NCBI GenBank assembly: GCA_951406725.2
Contig: OX597822.1
Coordinates: 20,026,001-20,090,000 of the forward strand
Reading direction: 5' to 3'
Length of the DNA: 64,000 bases
Source of the DNA: Octopus vulgaris
Lineage: Eukaryota
The notes under the pieces are model-generated. The model ran no database searches. It saw only the letters and a program-made list of their open reading frames with translations, and had not been told where the DNA came from. Positions within the stretch are counted from its first letter, which is position 1; every line of letters starts with the position of its first letter. Positions 13,590 to 25,208 of this stretch are shown piece by piece. The translations under genes and the position numbers were made by a program.

Positions 13590-14415
13590 TTCCTCCAACA
13601 CCCCGTAATCAAAAGGGGTCTTGACGCGGCTGGCTTCTTGTTTAAACTTGAGCCTGCAGATTTCGGTAAGCTCTCCGACGGGATAACCCTCTACCCACTT
13701 GGTGGGAGGCAAATCTCTAGTCTGGGACGCGATGTGCGGTGACACGTTTGTAAGCTCCAACCTTGCAGCATCTGCTGCAGTGGAGGCACAATGGCTCAGT
13801 GGTTAGGGCTGCGGACTCGCGGTTTCGATTCCCAGACCGGGCGTTGTGTGTGTTTATTGAGCGAAAACACCTAAAGCTCCACGAGACTCCGGTAGGGGGT
13901 GGTGGCGATCCCTGTTGTACTCTTTCGTTCCAACTTTCTCTCACTCTTTCTTCCTGTTTCTTGTCCCTGACTACCTACGCAACCACTGAATCTGGATGCG
14001 CATTCATCCATCCGTCGATGCTCTTGGTGTCGGAGGTTGACCTGCTTTCTCTTCTGCGGGTCTTACGAATAGCAAAGGACCACGTTTCGGACTTCTCCCA
14101 CTGGACGAAGACCGCTACGCTCAACAGCAACAGCAACAGCATCTGCTGCAAACACGGGTTCGCCGCCCATAACGCAGAGGAGAGAAAAATCAATAAATAC
14201 AGGTGTCTTGCCGGCCGCTGTCAGTTAGTGCCTGTCGCTGTTGAGACGTCAGCTGTTCTAGGACCCTGAACTACCGATTTCCTCCGCAAAATAGGGATAA
14301 AGACGGCTCGTCGGAGAAATGAGCCCCCGTGAGGTGGTGCGGCTGCTGCAGCGAGTGACACTGTCCATTCTCCGCGTCAACGCCATCGCGGTCCTTACCG
14401 CGGGGCATAGCTGAA
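13590..14415 (+). pseudogene. CRE-like LINE C-terminal REL-endonuclease remnant, interrupted by a SINE
   Basis: IKRGLDAAG...EP...DGITLYP, then (frameshifted) GKSLVWDAMCGDTF, and after the SINE AAHNAEERKINKY...VPVAVETSAVLGP. Confidence 0.7.
13780..14136 (+). mobile_element. tRNA-derived SINE with (AACAGC)n tail and 14-bp TSD
   Basis: Head GGAGGCACAATGGCTCAGTGGTTAG...GTTTCGATTCC. The direct repeat CAGCATCTGCTGCA lies at 13766-13779 and 14137-14150. Confidence 0.85.
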
Positions 14416-15229
14416 CACACCATTTGTTCTGGGATATGTGGCTCATCACCCCCTCTATCTTCCGCTGCTTTACTCCCTCAGCTTTTTGTCCCTTTTCTCT
14501 CTTTTCCTTTCTTATCTCTCTTTCCTGTTTCTTTGTATTTAAATGTTCTAACAAAACTTAACAAACAAAACTTTTTTCATTGTATAATCATTTTTTGCAA
14601 ACATCTGATCTGGCTACTTTATTTGTGGTTTAATATGATCAACTTTAGAGAAGCCGGAGGAGCTGCTCGCCGCAAAGTAGCAGCAATAGATGTACTCTCA
14701 TTTTTAAAAACAAGAAAATCAATTAAAGAAGACATACATTAAAAAATGATAATGTAAACAAATTGGTACCATCGTAAACGTTTGTAGTTACAGTTTGATA
14801 AGAATGAGATCAAATGTGTGCGACATTGACGAGGGAACCAGAACCAACAACATCAAATTATCCGTTGCTAGCATTGTGGAACAAAAGGAAGTGTTTGACA
14901 TTAGTCAGCTCCAGTCTTATTTCCAAAGGTTGTTTTGGTGCAATGTGCCACGACATTTCCTCGGGGGTCAATGCAGACGACCAGCTCCCGGAAATATTTC
15001 GCATCGCATCACATGTTCAATCTGTCAGGGATGACCCTGCCGCTATAGCTACGGAGTTTGATACGGTTGAGGACCAACCCTTTCTAAATATGATAGTTTA
15101 ACCAAAAAACATGGGCCCAGAGAGAGTACCAGTCAAGTACTGGGTCGATGTAATCGACTTGGCCCCTCACCCCAAAATGTAGGCCTTGTACCTATAGTAG
15201 AAAGGATTTTCGAGTCATGTTGGTAGTTG

Positions 15230-15770
15230 AGTACTGAAACTTCCAAGTGCACCAGTCGCTGCCCACAAGCTGCATATTTCTCATTTCAGTTCATCATAGT
15301 TTTTCACTTTTCCTTCTTTCTTTTCGATCCTATTGCTACCCAGGCATGGTGTGTCGATTATCATGTCACCTTCATTCCCAGTAACTCCTTTAGGGGTTTG
15401 GCTATACCACATCTTTGATTTTTCTAGGTTATAATTTCAATAGAGAGCTCCCAGTGGATCATTCTTGGCACATTGTCACGTCTTCTTTTGTATTCGCGTT
15501 GTGCCAATTTCGGGCATTCACTAACTATGTGCAATACTGTTTCACTCCTGTCACCACACATTTAACATTTGTCACTCCCAGTTGTTTAATAGATTCTGCA
15601 CTTCACATAGTTTGTCCTCAATCCTTGTACTAATGCCGCGCATATAAGTACTTCTGGTTTTATCCTCTAGTTTTATTCTCCGCATCCATAACTACCGGCG
15701 TCCTGTATCTGTCTTTGCACTCGTATCTCTTGTAAACTGACTACACATTTTCCCCTTTTCCATGACATTT
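15230..15770 (-). pseudogene. R4/Dong-like LINE fragment (zinc finger and REL region)
   Basis: Minus translation: C*MCGDRSETVLHIVSECPKLAQREYKRRRDNV...IHWEL. Confidence 0.75.
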
Positions 15771-15859
15771 CTTTTCTCGTGTTTTTCTTTTTTCCCTTTT
15801 TAAAATTTCAGATTTGATGATGCTAGACTTCTTCACATGCATCAATATTAGAGGTATTT

Positions 15860-16025
15860 TGTCCGTCTTAACTTTCAAAGTTCTAATTCTACCGAGGTTG
15901 ACTTTGCCTTTCATCCTTTCGAGGCCGATAAAATGAGTACCAGTTATGCACTGGAGTCGATGAAATCGACCAAGTTCCCTTCCCCAAATTTCAGGCCATG
16001 TACCTACACTAGAAAGGATTTTTAT
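15860..16025 (+). mobile_element. SINE family B, partial
   Basis: Contains the GCCTTTCATCCTTTCGAGGCCGATAAAATGAGTACCAG core. Confidence 0.75.
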
Positions 16026-16348
16026 TATTATTGTTGTTGTTGATGTTGTTGTTATTTACGTTGTTCTTACTTCGTTTTGTATGAGCTGTTCCAAGTCTCC
16101 TCCAGAGACTCAAGTAACGGCAAGTTCAACATTTTGCTACAGCTGTTATTTATGATTAGCACTGATATATTGAGGGGAAAGGAGACCAGATTCTGAAAAC
16201 CAAAATTCTGTAAAATTTATGATATTTCAATATTCAAAGAATTTTAAAGGGAATCAGGTTCTTCTTCTTCTTCTTCTTCTTCTTCTTCTTCTTCTTCTTC
16301 TTCTTCTTCTTCTTCTTCTTCTTCTTCATGCTGTTGTTGTAATTGTTG

Positions 16349-16448
16349 NNNNNNNNNNNNNNNNNNNNNNNNNNNNNNNNNNNNNNNNNNNNNNNNNNNN
16401 NNNNNNNNNNNNNNNNNNNNNNNNNNNNNNNNNNNNNNNNNNNNNNNN
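16349..16448. other. Assembly gap (100 N)
   Basis: Run of N following a (CTT)n microsatellite. Confidence 1.
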
Positions 16449-17606
16449 AATAGTGTTTTTTTGAGGTCTTGAAGGCGTATTTCTGGTGCATACCCTTTTA
16501 GCTAAACTGAAAGGGATATTTGTCTTGATGTGTTTTGGGTGGCATGAACTAAAGAGGAGGTATTGTTGTGAGTCTGTAGGTTTGTGGTAGATGTCTGTTA
16601 TGATTTGGTTCTCAGGTGTTTTTATAATTAGGAGATCAAGGAATGGGAGATGATGTTTGCTTAATTCCATAGTGAATTGGATGTTGGGATGTATGTTGTT
16701 TAGTGTGGTTTTGAATTCCAGGAGTTTTTCATAAGGTTCTTTCCATATGATGAAACAATCTTCCAAATACCTTTTCCAGTTTTCCAGGTGTGGAAGACAT
16801 GTCCAAATTTCTGGCGTGATATTTCATAGAGTGATAGTTCGAAGAAACCCATTATGAGGTTCGCAAGGACTGGTGCAGCCTTGGTACCCATCGCAATACC
16901 ACATTTTTGACGGTAGTGTGTGTCGTCGAAGAGAAAAAAATTGTTAGTCAGAATGAACTTGAGAGATTCTGTAATAAAAGTCTTGTTAATGCGGTCAGGG
17001 AATGTCTCTGGGTGTTTTTCTAGCCAGAAGTCAATAGCCTCTATACCATATTCATGTGGGATGTTGGTGTAGAGGTCGATGACATCAGAGGATACCAGGA
17101 GCGCCTCCTCGTTAACTGTTTTCGGGAGGTGTTTGAGCATGTCCAGATCATCCCTAATGAAACTTTTGATGTGAGTAAGGAAAGGTTTCAAAAGGATGTC
17201 TAGGAAATTACTCAGGCGGTGTGTTTTACAGGAGGTACCAGCCACGATGGGCCTTAGTTTTAGGTCCTCCGGTGCTTTGATGTTGATGTGGATGTCAGTG
17301 GAGAGTTTGCAGGCTTCGGTGATGTATTTGTTTTTATGGATTTTAGGAAGGCCATAAAAAAGGCTGGGCTTGCATTTGAAATTGGTGATATAATCCCTTT
17401 CTTTTTCTGTGAGTCCCTGACCGTGTTGGCGTATGAGTGTTGTGAGGTTTCTGATTGTTTTTTGCTGTTTATAGTTGTTAATAACCTCATAGAAAATGTT
17501 GTTGTTAAGCATGGAAAGTACTAGGTGTTTATAAAATTCCGTGTCCATAAGGACCACAGCGCTCCCTTTGTCAGCTTCTTTGATGGTAAGGTTTTTATCC
17601 TGTTGT
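16449..17606 (-). mobile_element. Penelope-like element reverse transcriptase, 5'-truncated and frameshifted, running into the gap
   Basis: Motifs IKEADKGSAVVLM, FYGLPKIHK, RPIV, DVIDLYTNIP, QKCGIAMGT, KRYLEDCFIIW (catalytic DD appears as ED), LPFLD and YHKPTDS...HP. Confidence 0.92.
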
Positions 17607-18606
17607 ATGTCACAGAACAAATAAATCTCCCGGAATACCGACAAATTCCACTGAGTGGCCACATAGACTCATGTACTAAAGACTTAAACCCCAAATTCTA
17701 TATATTCCCTTTCTACCAATGTAAAGACGGGATCACCACACAGGAGAGAATTAACAAGGAGAATCTCTTTATTGAAAAATTCCAAACACAACTTAATATG
17801 CAAACTCCTCGTTGATCAAACTTCCTTTTTCTACCTCATTCTTCATGGATGGACTAACACAAATATATAAGGATACCATGCATTCATCACTTCAAGCTAA
17901 AACTTATATTCTTTAAATATCATTTTTACTATTGTTGTTATTACTATCATTTTTATTATATATGATATAGCAATCTGAAATGTAATTGTCTATGCAAATT
18001 TATATAATTAGAAAATAATATAAATAAAGTGTTAAAATCTGAAAGTTAAGTTAACAAACAATTATATAAAAAAGACAATGCAAATGAAGCTAAAATGATA
18101 ATTTTATAATTTGGGGTTTATCAGCAGCCTTTATTGAAGAACTCAAAAGAGTTGTCTCCCCTTATTCACAACACAGGAACTGAAGAACCACAATTACTAC
18201 TACTTCCTGTTTTGCCAACATCCTAAATTAAACCAAACAACACATGGCCTTAATCCCATTGGATCCTAATACCTCAAGGTAATTTTTTCGTGAACAATCA
18301 TTAAACTCAAGATACACAACGAACTCACAATGTATCGGAGTACTTATTTTTTAATTTTTATACATATTTATTATTATTCTTTTGCAAAAAACAATGCAAC
18401 TTTTTTTCCCCTTTCTCATTTTTAAAAAACTTTTTTACCTAACTATTCTTGATAAGTCAAACTATGACGAAAACGGGTTTGAATAAATATATATTTATAT
18501 ATTTTATCAATTTCTCATTTCATTAAAATTTTCTTTCTGCATTTCACAATTTTTCCTTGCTTATCATTTCTCCACGTGCGGTCAACACAACCCCACCATT
18601 TATTGA

Positions 18607-18610
<4 letters not shown>
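17607..18610 (+). mobile_element. Inverted pseudo-LTR of a Penelope-like element (GIY-YIG C-terminus, 3' UTR, degenerate hammerhead)
   Basis: QIPLSGHIDSC...FYIFPFYQC...RINKENLFIEKFQTQLN* resembles the PLE GIY-YIG end. A degenerate hammerhead TATTC-TTGATAA-GTCA/TGAC-GAAA...GAATA lies at ~18443-18485. The element ends in (TA)n. Confidence 0.7.
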
Positions 18611-18649
<39 letters not shown>

Positions 18650-18779
18650 ATATGTTACAATTACTCAATAGTCAAGATAAAACTCTGAGTTTCAGATGCC
18701 GAAGTGGAAATTCACAACACCATCTCTTCGGTTATCTGGCCATCTGATCGAACGTCACGCATCCATTTCCAAGTAAGTT

Positions 18780-18826
<47 letters not shown>

Positions 18827-18849
18827 AATGTATGTGTGTTTTTAATATG

Positions 18850-19510
18850 TACAAATAACAAGGAAAAAATAAATAGTTACCAGAGTAGCAAAAATTCGCA
18901 TAAGTGTCAAGGATATTACAGCCTAACCATAACGGTAGAAATTCCAGGGTTATGTGAAATGTTTTTGTACAATATGGATGAATTAAGAAATAGAGTTAAA
19001 CGCAGGTGTTATTAAAATCATTTATACTTTTAACATATTTCGAAAAAAGCATTGAGATTATTCCACAGAGAATAAAAATGGTGCAAAACAATGCAATCAT
19101 CTCGCCAGGGAGAAAAAAAGAAACAAAGCACATCAATAAGCCATTTTAACCGAATGTGATTACGGCGTATATGATGAAGAGGAACGCTCGTGTAAAAAAC
19201 CGTTAATAGTTTTAACGTCAAAGAAATTTAGAAATATAGAAGGCGGAGAAAAATAAATTAAGAGTGGAAAAGTATAGTGTGACAGATGAATTGGAATTAA
19301 GTTTAAAAGTGTGGAAATAAATATGTGTAGTGGAAATGTAATGTAAGAAGACTGTTAAAGGTAGAATTTTATAGATTAGTAGAAATTACTTATAGGAAAT
19401 GAAGAGATAATTGTATTGTTTTATATCATGCGAAACATATGATGGAAGTATAGCCTATTTTGATAACACCTGCGTTTGATTCCATTTCTTAATTTATCCA
19501 TGCTATATAT
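18850..19510. repeat. Small fold-back element
   Basis: ~18970-19050 is the imperfect reverse complement of ~19430-19503. It contains CGAAACATATG, a hammerhead 3'-half-like motif. Confidence 0.55.
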
Positions 19511-19672
19511 ATTAGGGTATTATTGTTTATAACAATATCAGTGATTTAATAATTAAGGGTACTAACAAACAGAACTGGCATGCTAAGTATAGCAGTCAAA
19601 ATGACCAAACCGCAAGTTTTCACTAAAACACAAAGGTGAACACTAACAAATGAATAACAATCCTAAAATCGT

Positions 19673-19902
19673 AAAGTGTACTAGCCATCTCAATGTGGCT
19701 AGCCACTGGGAGTGGGTGTTACTGAAGCTTTTAGCCCCAGGAGATCATCGTCTCCAGCTGGCTTTAGACACACCTTCTGTGCCCTTCTGATATTCGCAAA
19801 GGGAGGTCATCCCCTCTCCAAAACCTAAGTGATACGCACGGACTATAGTTTCGAGGTTTTTGCCTCTCGTCAACGTACGGTAATCACCGGTTTTCGATTG
19901 GA
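19673..19902 (-). mobile_element. Hammerhead-containing short element, downstream half of the copy split by the Tx1 insertions
   Basis: Near-identical reverse complement of ~27225-27454. Confidence 0.9.
19835..19879 (-). ncRNA. Minimal type-I hammerhead ribozyme
   Basis: Minus strand reads CGTACG-TTGACGA-GAGG(CAAAAA)CCTC-GAAAC-TATA-GTC^CGTGCG. It has a palindromic stem III (ACTATAGT) and is a C3U variant. Confidence 0.85.
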
Positions 19903-21507
19903 TTTATCTTTATTATAGGCACTAAGGCCCGAATTAAGAGGGGACATTACAAAACAGGACATGGGGTACATATAATAAAAAAATCGAAAAATATGAAGTG
20001 AAATGAATATTTATAATGGATTAGATGGAACGGATTACGAGCCCCCCAAAACTCGCAGCTTCATTTAAAACACAGTTCTGCTATACTGGTCGTTCATCTG
20101 TCAGGTATTCTATCAACCTCTCCTGATCCACAATAGCTGGCAAAGTGTCATAACGTACATATAACCATTCACATACACTATAATCATCTCTCATTTTCTC
20201 CAATGTCTCTCTCTCCACGATTACCGCCTTCCACTGGTCATCATATATTTCTGGGTTCAACTTTACTCTAATTAAACCTTTCCTACCTGCCAACATCTTT
20301 TCCGTATTTTTGTCCTTGAAATATAACATTACCACTCTGTGTTTCTTTCCTTTGGGTCTTCCTCCTCTCTTACAACCTTTCAACTGCTCTTCCATTCTTC
20401 TGTCCCATTCTTCCTCTGCTGTTAATTTTGCTGGTTCACTTGCTTTTGCTTCGCACGTTCGGTCTTTTCTCTCGTCAGTAATATTGTTTTTCGCTTTTTT
20501 CTTCTTCTTTTTTTGTTCTTTGAGTAGTGATTCCACCCGCGTTCTTTTTCTATTTTCTTTCTCCAACTCTTCACCACTTTCCACATTATCTGTAGTGATG
20601 ATTTCCTCCTCCACACACGTATCTTTCCACTCCTTCGTTAAAGCCTCCAGTGCTATCGTTTTCTCCTGCACTTCTCCCAGCGGACACACATCCTTCATGT
20701 GGCCTCTTATTTTGCAATTGTAACATACTGGGAGTCTCCCCTCCACCACGACTCTAAGACGTGTCTCATCAGGGAACACCAACTTCTCCGGGATGTTGTA
20801 CAGGTCTGGCACGGTTATATGTACCAGAACCTGCACCGTATATCCCCACCACTTTACTTCTGTTGACCTTTCCACCTTCAACACCTCAACGCTTTCCTTG
20901 CAGTTGAAAACCACTGCCGCTAGAATCCTTTCTATATTAAGCTCCGGCGAAATCCTACCGATTCTTATTCTTACTGCCCTCTTTCCGCAGTAACCTGGTA
21001 ATAATGTCCATCTTTCAGATTTCAAAATTTTCGTGGCATTCCTTCTCGCTTCATTTTCATTTTTAAAATGGACAACCACTGTAGCGTATTTTCTTCCTCT
21101 GTTGTAAAAAGTAGGTTCTCCCTCAATTCCCTGCAGATATTTCTCTATTTCCTCCGTCTCTGCCACTTCTATTTTCTTTGAAGTCACGCTCCACGTTCTG
21201 TATGTTATCATACGTTTCTCCGCTTCTGTTGCTTCTTCTTCAGACTTTGTGACTCTCACACAATCACCTTCCTTCTTCAAGCTGTCGAAATATTTTTCCA
21301 AAGTCTCCTTCTCGACTACCACTTCTTCCAGCTCTAGTTCACTCGCAGTCAGGCTTCTGCCTGCCACTCCCGCATACGTCTGGGCTTGCATTTTCGAAAA
21401 ATCTCCAAAAAAATTTCACCACGTCTCAACGGCCTCCACCAACAAACTCGAACTCACAACCTCAACACACCAATAACGCAATCAAAAATTCCGACACAAA
21501 AAAAAAG
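19903..21507 (-). mobile_element. ORF1-only (HAL1-like) non-autonomous Tx1/L1-clade element, ~1.6 kb
   Basis: Bounded by the 15-bp repeat at 21508-21522 and 19888-19902. It has a T-rich 5' UTR, a single ORF and a ~180-bp 3' UTR ending ATAATAAAGATAAA, identical to the neighbouring full LINE's terminus. There is no ORF2. Confidence 0.85.
20081..21391 (-). CDS. Tx1/L1-clade ORF1-like nucleic-acid-binding protein (436 aa) with CCHC zinc knuckle
   Basis: Uninterrupted ORF. It has an N-terminal TYAGVAG and VVVEGRLPVCYNCKIRGHMKDVC (CX2CX4HX4C), and is homologous to VSVEGRRPRCFKCGQKGHVRSVC in the adjacent LINE. Confidence 0.85.
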   Translation of the reverse strand: MQAQTYAGVAGRSLTASELELEEVVVEKETLEKYFDSLKKEGDCVRVTKSEEEATEAEKRMITYRTWSVTSKKIEVAETEEIEKYLQGIEGEPTFYNRGRKYATVVVHFKNENEARRNATKILKSERWTLLPGYCGKRAVRIRIGRISPELNIERILAAVVFNCKESVEVLKVERSTEVKWWGYTVQVLVHITVPDLYNIPEKLVFPDETRLRVVVEGRLPVCYNCKIRGHMKDVCPLGEVQEKTIALEALTKEWKDTCVEEEIITTDNVESGEELEKENRKRTRVESLLKEQKKKKKKAKNNITDERKDRTCEAKASEPAKLTAEEEWDRRMEEQLKGCKRGGRPKGKKHRVVMLYFKDKNTEKMLAGRKGLIRVKLNPEIYDDQWKAVIVERETLEKMRDDYSVCEWLYVRYDTLPAIVDQERLIEYLTDERPV

Positions 21508-21819
21508 CGGTTTTCGATTGGATTTATCTTTATTATGATCAAGTGATCTAACATAGAATTGGGACATTACAGGACAAAACAATTACAAAAATGCTATGCG
21601 AGTTCGAATGAAATTATAAAAATTACAAAAATAAAATTTTATGTAACTCGAACGAAAACTTGGCTTACTTTTGCCTTTATCACGAGAACGTATGTTTTCT
21701 TTTTTTTATTATTATTTCTTTATTTTAAACAGTTATGTACAGTGAAAGGGAATGGGAGGTACAAGTTTCAATTTTGAACCCGGCAGCCTATAAATCCCAG
21801 CAGCTGATTTTTCCTTTCC

Positions 21820-24800
21820 TCGATGATTAAGCTGGGTTACTCTCACCCACCTTTCTCATCACATCCTTCCAACGTTCCATATACTCTTTCTGTGGCAGGC
21901 TCCTCTTCTCCAACCCCATCTTGCTCTTCAGATGATATCCGAAGTATTTTAACAAACCCGGGCCAGAGATAAAGGACCCTTTCACAAGACCTTCCAATCT
22001 AGTTCTCCATACACACTCTTTTCAATACTGCCACCGTAGAGTAAAAACAAGCCTTACCTTCCTTTGAAGAGTCCAGTTGGCGGTATCATCTTAATCATAG
22101 ATCCAGCCGACAGCTGTACTCGTCCCAGATGCGACAACACGTGTTCAACGTAACTTATCAAGCCTGACAGCTCCCGACATTGTACAAAAGCGTGTTGAAC
22201 GGTTTCATCGTCCAACCCACATCTTGGACACGTCGGTGGCACTGACATTCCGTGCCAGGATGACTTCTCGCGAACAGGTAATGCATTCCTATAGCACTGT
22301 CAGGTCAGGGATTTTTGGTAATTATCCAAATACCCCGACCTGAAAGTCTTCTTAAACAGGTTGGAGAGTTGATCTTCATCGAACCCCAAAGCCCTTCCTA
22401 GGACGTCGTCATTTCCTTCTACCAGCCCTTTATAGAACACCGAGGTGGTATTCCCGCTGCCGGCCTTGCCCATCTTGTGGATCAGCCAGAGTGGCTGTCG
22501 GCACTCCTTCTGCCATGAAGTCAGGTTACGTCCTTTAATGAGACCGGGTGTAAATCCCTCCATAGAGGCCGGTCGCGGGAAGGATTCCTCTGCCAGCGAA
22601 CTCCACACCTTATCATCCTCCAGGTAACACCAGGTGTCTCAGCCACAACGCATGCTTGCGCATCATTAGCCAAGGCATCCCCAGTCCACCCGTTAGCTGT
22701 TCCTGGCAACACACGGAGCGTCTCACAAGTGGCTTTCCTCCTTTCCACAAAAAGCGGAAAAGGAGTCGTTCCAATTTGTTTAACCACGAATCGGGGCAAG
22801 GCACGACGGTCAGGTGGTAGGTGACGACAGAGGCTATAAACAGCTGTGCCACCTCCGCCCTCCCTTTCAAGGAAAGATGCCTTCCGGACCACTTCCGTAC
22901 TATGGCATCCACCTTGCTCGTTACCTCGCTCCAATTCTTCTCCGTCTGGGAGTCTGGACCAAACCAGACTCTGAGCAATTTAACAGGACCATCCGTCCAG
23001 TGTCCAACAACACTGGACGGTATCGGCTTGTTCCTCCAGGTGCCGAGGCGCAAACCGATGGACTTGTCCCTGTTAACTTTTGCCCCTGCCACCGCTTCGT
23101 ATCTATGGAGAGCACCTGCTACCCGAGGTAGCTGTGTTCCGTTGGACACGATGAGGGTGACGTCATCCGCATAGGCAGAAATAGACTTACCGCATCCGAT
23201 TTCATTAGGGTTGCGTCCCAACTTCTCCAGCTTCCGCAGCAATGGCTCAAGAGCCAAAACATACAGGAGCGGGGACAAGGGGCACCCTTGACGAACTGAA
23301 CGCTTGATCGAAAACGGCTCCGTTAGGTAACCGTTTATCTGGACTGTGGACTTGATGCCGCTGTACATAGCTGAGATCCACCCGCAGAAGCCAGAGCCCA
23401 GCCCAGCCGCTTCGAGGACCGCCGCCAAGTACCGATGGTCTACCCGATCAAACGCTTTACTTTGGTCTAAATGGACCAATGCCCCTCCTTTGCCGTCTAA
23501 TTTCCCGACCCTATCTATAGTGTAGCGGAGAAGGTGAAGATTATCCTGGATCGACCTGCCTGGGATTGCACATGTCTGTGCCTTCCCGACAAGTTTCTCC
23601 ACGACAGCCGTCAGCCTTTTTGCTAACACCTTGGCCAAAATCTTAAACTTTACATTAAGTAGAGTTATGGGCCTATAATTACTAATACTGTCCCCCTTGC
23701 TCAGGTCTTTCTGGACAAGCGTCACAACTCCCCGACTCACAGAGCTGGGAATCCTCCCATTCTGTTGCCAGTTTGCATAGACGCTTGCCAGTATGTCCCC
23801 GAACAAGTCCGGCATACAACAATAAAATTCATAGGGCAGACCATCCAACCCCGACGACTTTTCCCCGGCGCACATAACCCCTCTTACCTCCGCGGGAGAG
23901 ATCGATCCTTCACAGCACTCCGCCTCACCTGCCGAGAGCCGAGGCCCACCAGCTAGGAAGCCCTTTAAGGTCTCCCTACGCTCGAGCGGACCACCGTCCC
24001 CAAACAGCCGTGCGAAATGCTGGTGAAGGACCTTCTGCATCTCCTCCTGTCCATAGATCTTGCGGTCCTGCTCGTCAGTTAAGGACATAATACAGGACTT
24101 TTTGCCCTTCTGACTCTCCTCACGATGGGCCCATCCAGCAACGTTAATACCTTCTCGTAACTTAGCTCTGACTCTACACCCCTCGTGCTTGGCGTTGAGG
24201 TGACGGTACAATACCGCTCTCGCTGCCAACACTCCGGATGCACAGCCAGATTCCATAGCCTCGTCTAAGTTCTTAACTAATTCGCCCTCTATTCTAGTCC
24301 TATCTAAACTTAGCGGCTTGCTAAATCTAATGGACTCCAAACAGATGGCTCTTTTGAGGGCGAGCCACCATCTATTATTAATTATGGTGCCACATAATGC
24401 CCTCTGTACTAATTCCTTAATCCGGGTACGGAAAGCTTCACAAGTCAAAATAGACTTGTTCATTTTCCAGTACTCGGAACCTTGTCTATGGCATTTATCT
24501 ACCTGTACCTCACACGTCACAAGTTTGTGATCTATGTAAGGCACAACAGAGAATTGTGGACAGCTAACACTATTCCTATCTCGTTCCTTAACAAATACTC
24601 TATCTATGTACGATCTGCGTGAGCCGTCGTTATTACTCCACGTCCACTGTGGAACGTTCGGCTCATCCAGTCGAAAACGGTTTACTAGATTAAAGCTCGC
24701 TAGTAGAGCCTTGAGGCCAGGATTCCCCTTCCTATCGCTCGAGCCTACACCATCCACCTGCGCATCGAGAATGGTGTTGAAATCCCCTACCAAGACTACC

Positions 24801-25194
24801 GTTTTGGACGTCACTAGAAAGTGCTCCAGTTCCCGAAAAAACCGGTCTGCCCACGTCCATTAGGAGCGTAGACAGCCACCAACCTGAAGGACTGCTTACT
24901 CACGTGCGTCACATCTAGGATAACCAGCCTACCTTCTGGGTCCAGAAAGACAGTACTTACCTGTAAGTCCAAGTTCTTCCTGAAAAGAACTGCCACGCCT
25001 GCACCTCCCTCCCGGCTAGGAGAAATAAATTTCTCGTAACCATTGAGAAGTGGTGAGAACGCTTGGGGTCCTTTCATCTTGGACTCGGTAACAATAGCTA
25101 CATCGATTCTATGTGAAATGAGGTCGTCCCGAAAACAAGCCTGTTTCCATTTCGACCCCATTCCACGCACATTTATACAACCTAACTTAATCAT
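21820..25194 (-). pseudogene. ORF2: AP endonuclease, reverse transcriptase and C-terminal zinc finger (frameshift ~24814, disruptions from ~22610)
   Basis: INVRG, VYAPN, GDFN, IDR, DHK (APE); SGLDGL, YRPITLLN, LDQSKAFDRV, VRQGCPLSP, YADD (RT); CPRC...ETVQHAFVQC. The L.L.GR...LF.FLW...GGLG motifs are typical of L1/Tx1. Confidence 0.93.
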
Positions 25195-25208
25195 CGAAAA
25201 AAAGAAAA

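Noticed and set aside
13781-13840. tRNA-like sequences at SINE heads (also ~27980-28050 and ~6240-6305)
   Set aside because: They run into SINE bodies and I could not see a complete cloverleaf, so they are not called as tRNA genes.
14814-15101. Possible hAT dimerisation-domain remnant (NYPLLAL...VSSSLISKGCF)
   Set aside because: The resemblance is weak and no other transposase motif or TIR was seen.
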